This document shows, in pieces, positions 61,668 to 64,000 of a stretch of DNA of 64,000 bases. The position numbers were made by a program, and so were the translations under genes. The stretch is from Solirubrobacterales bacterium (GTDB taxonomy: Bacteria > Actinomycetota > Thermoleophilia > Solirubrobacterales > 70-9). The notes under the pieces were generated by a model. It was not told where the DNA came from. It did not search any database and was given only the letters and a program-made list of their open reading frames with translations. The DNA is taken from contig DAIQCC010000001.1 in the NCBI GenBank assembly GCA_036780865.1, positions 60,446 through 124,445 on the forward strand, read 5' to 3'. Positions within the stretch are counted from its first letter, which is position 1, and each line of letters begins with the position of its first letter.

Positions 61668-64000
61668 TTGAGTCAGACGGCACCGGCAGACAGTCCGGCT
61701 TCCGCGGTCCTTGAGGCGGGCGGCATGTTGCGAGCCTCGGAGAAGTCCGTGGTCGAAACAGCTTTGCGACATCGGCCAGGTGTGATCGAGGTCGAAGCCA
61801 ATCCGGTCGCCCAGACAGCGACCGTGACTTACGATCCGAAACTCACGTCGGTCGAAGAGCTGAGCAGGTGGATCACAGAATGCGGGTATCACTGCGCGGG
61901 CCAGTCGGTTCCCGACCATGTGTGTGACCCGATGCTCGGGCCGGCCGATTCGTCCTCCCACGAACACACCGAGATGCGAGGCACACCCGATGAAGTGATG
62001 GGTCACGGTGGTCACGGCGAGATGTCGATGGCCGCGATGGTCGCCGACATGCGCAACCGCTTCCTGGTCGCCGCGTTCTTCTCGATTCCGATCCTGCTTT
62101 GGTCGCCGATCGGCCGCGACGTGTTCGGCTTTGAGGCTCCGGTTCCGTTCGGCCTGCGCGAGGACGTATTCACGTTGATCCTCAGCCTGCCGGTGATCTT
62201 CTACTCCTGCTCGATCTTCTTTACCGGAGCGGTCCGGGCACTGCGCGCCCGGACGCTCGACATGATGGTGCTGGTCGCGGTCGCGGTCGGGGCGGGTTGG
62301 ACTTATTCGTTGGTCGTCACCCTCACCGGCGGTGGTGAAGTCTTCTATGAGGCGGCGACCGTTCTCGCCGCCTTCGTCCTGCTCGGTCATTGGTTCGAGA
62401 TGCGAGCCAGGGGCGGCGCCAACGACGCGATACGCACCCTGCTGGATCTCGCACCTCCCAAGGCGCTTGTGGTTCGCGACGGAGATACGGTGGAGATCCC
62501 GACCAGCGAAGTGCAAGTGGGCGACGTGCTCCTGGTGCGTCCCGGTTCGAAGATCGCAGTAGACGGGATCGTCGAGGACGGAGAAAGCGAGGTTGACGAG
62601 TCCACCGTCACCGGCGAGAGTCTGCCCATCCACAAGGGGCCAGGCTCGGAGGTCATCGGCGCCACCATCAACACCAACGGGACACTCCGGGTGCGGGCCA
62701 CGAAAGTCGGGTCCGATACCGCCCTGGCGCAGATCGTCAAGCTGGTCCAAGAAGCCCAGAACTCCAAGGCCCCAGGACAGAAACTCGCTGATAGAGCCGC
62801 GTTCTGGCTCGTTTTCGTCGCTCTCATCGGTGGTGCCGCGACTTTTGCCGCCTGGGCGATCTTCAGTTCAGAGCCGATCTCGACCGCGGTCCTCTTCGCG
62901 ATCACGGTGGTCGTCATCACATGCCCGGACGCATTGGGGCTCGCGACACCGACAGCGATCATGGTCGGTAGCGGCCTCGGAGCGAAACGCGGGATTCTCT
63001 TCAAGAACGCGATCGCACTCGAGACTTCGGCCCGGATCGACGTGGTGGTCATGGACAAGACGGGCACGCTTACCAAGGGCGAGCCGGAAGTGACCGATGT
63101 CTTCGTCTATGGGTTTGATCGTGGCGAGCTGTTGAGTCTCGTCGCGGCCGTTGAACGCTCCTCGGAACATCCTCTGGCTGAGGCCATCGTCCACCAATCC
63201 GAATCCGACGAAGTGCCCCGGTTGGATGCCGAGAGCTTCGAGAACGTCCCTGGGCACGGTGCGGTGGCGACGGTTCAGGGACGCAAGGTGCTGGTCGGAA
63301 ACAGGCGACTGATGGAGGACAACGGCGTGGAGCTTGGTTCCCTGACAGCGCGCCGCGAAGAGTTGGCGGCCAGCGGACGCACAGTCGTGGTCGTCGCCGT
63401 TGACGGACGTGCCGCTGGCTTGATCGGGATCGCTGACGCGCCACGCGAGACATCTGAGGAAGCCATCGGAGCTCTACATGAGGCGGGCGTCGAGGTGGTC
63501 ATGTTGAGCGGCGACAACCAGGCGACCGCCGAACGGATCGCCGGACAGCTAGGCATCGACACCGTGATCGCGGAAGTCTTGCCGGGAGACAAGGCAGCGA
63601 AGATCTCGGAACTACAAGCCGATGGGCGGAAGGTCGCGATGGTCGGCGACGGGGTCAACGACGCGCCGGCTCTCGCCCAGGCGGACCTCGGAATCGCGAT
63701 CGGTGCCGGCACGGATGTCGCGATCGAGACGGCGGATGTCGTTCTGATGCGCTCCGATCCACTCGACGTGCCAACGGCCCTCGCGATAGGACGGGCGACT
63801 CTGAGAAAAATGCATCAGAACCTGGGCTGGGCGGTCGGCTACAACTCCGTGGCGCTGCCGATCGCGGCCGGAGTTTTCGAACCTTCGCTCGGCCTCATGC
63901 TTCGACCCGAGATCGCGGCTCTTTCGATGTCGGGTTCGAGCTTCATCGTTGCCGTCAATGCGCTGACTTTGAAAGGTGCGCGACTACCGGGAACCTCGAA
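61668..64000 (+). CDS. P1B-type heavy-metal ATPase, CopB-like, 3' end outside the window
   Basis: Not in the ORF track because no stop occurs before the window end; I translated it by hand from TTG 61668 (AAGGAA SD 7 nt upstream). Motifs: DKTGTLT, SEHPLA, GDGVNDAPAL, and TM7/8 NLGWAVGYNSVALP and MSGSSFIVAVN. There is a His/Met-rich stretch before DMRNRF. The TM6 motif reads CPD. Confidence 0.9.
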   Translation, partial: MSQTAPADSPASAVLEAGGMLRASEKSVVETALRHRPGVIEVEANPVAQTATVTYDPKLTSVEELSRWITECGYHCAGQSVPDHVCDPMLGPADSSSHEHTEMRGTPDEVMGHGGHGEMSMAAMVADMRNRFLVAAFFSIPILLWSPIGRDVFGFEAPVPFGLREDVFTLILSLPVIFYSCSIFFTGAVRALRARTLDMMVLVAVAVGAGWTYSLVVTLTGGGEVFYEAATVLAAFVLLGHWFEMRARGGANDAIRTLLDLAPPKALVVRDGDTVEIPTSEVQVGDVLLVRPGSKIAVDGIVEDGESEVDESTVTGESLPIHKGPGSEVIGATINTNGTLRVRATKVGSDTALAQIVKLVQEAQNSKAPGQKLADRAAFWLVFVALIGGAATFAAWAIFSSEPISTAVLFAITVVVITCPDALGLATPTAIMVGSGLGAKRGILFKNAIALETSARIDVVVMDKTGTLTKGEPEVTDVFVYGFDRGELLSLVAAVERSSEHPLAEAIVHQSESDEVPRLDAESFENVPGHGAVATVQGRKVLVGNRRLMEDNGVELGSLTARREELAASGRTVVVVAVDGRAAGLIGIADAPRETSEEAIGALHEAGVEVVMLSGDNQATAERIAGQLGIDTVIAEVLPGDKAAKISELQADGRKVAMVGDGVNDAPALAQADLGIAIGAGTDVAIETADVVLMRSDPLDVPTALAIGRATLRKMHQNLGWAVGYNSVALPIAAGVFEPSLGLMLRPEIAALSMSGSSFIVAVNALTLKGARLPGTS

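Noticed and set aside
61605-63076. Minus-strand ORFs 61605-62750 and 62387-63076
   Set aside because: Antisense to the P1B ATPase. That gene is missing from the track only because it has no stop inside the window.

Overview
High-GC bacterial chromosome segment with Actinobacteria-like gene content and synteny: nrdR-nrdJ, topA-tmk-holB, a PspC-type kinase module, a lysine-rich topoisomerase tail, and tRNAs without encoded CCA. I call about 70 protein genes and 3 tRNAs (Thr-CGT, Tyr-GTA, Thr-GGT). I see no rRNA, no CRISPR array and no recognisable transposase, integrase or phage gene. Because of the GC content, nearly every real gene is shadowed by long antisense or off-frame ORFs in the supplied track; I rejected these. 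Several starts were moved to internal ATG/GTG/TTG codons where signal peptides, SD sequences or domain boundaries supported it. The left end holds a cytochrome c / cupredoxin-like / PCuAC / SCO1 copper-delivery cluster. The middle is mostly housekeeping: class II RNR with NrdR, RsgA, a type IA topoisomerase, Tmk, HolB, Lon, TatA, PgsA, FolE2, a sigma-70 factor and threonine aldolase. It is interspersed with transporters, regulators, two two-component systems, a P450-wecB-GT2 operon and an FeS-type photolyase. The right end (52.5-64 kb, starting directly after tRNA-Thr-GGT) is a visibly less GC-rich copper/envelope block. It contains copZ, two M23 peptidases, DUF305, a BlaI/CopY-like repressor with an M56 BlaR1-like protease, a CxxC membrane protein with a methyltransferase, lgt, and a CopB-like P1B ATPase that runs off the window. 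Five signals deserve follow-up. (i) Five copies of a 22-nt quasi-palindromic box (AACTCCTACA-N3-TGTAG-TA) lie upstream of genes in that block, suggesting a BlaI/BlaR1-controlled copper/cell-envelope regulon. (ii) The ATPase has CPD instead of CPC/CPH in its transmembrane metal site, plus a Cys-less HMA domain. (iii) An ORF-free, duplicated, hairpin-rich region of about 430 nt lies between the nrdJ stop and an intrinsic terminator. (iv) Three exactly 56-bp-phased boxes lie between a two-component system and the P450-wecB-GT2 operon. (v) A topo III/archaeal-like type IA topoisomerase sits in the canonical topA locus. All functional calls come from motif recognition by eye and memory. No database search, folding or statistics could be run, and coordinates of regulatory elements were hand-counted.
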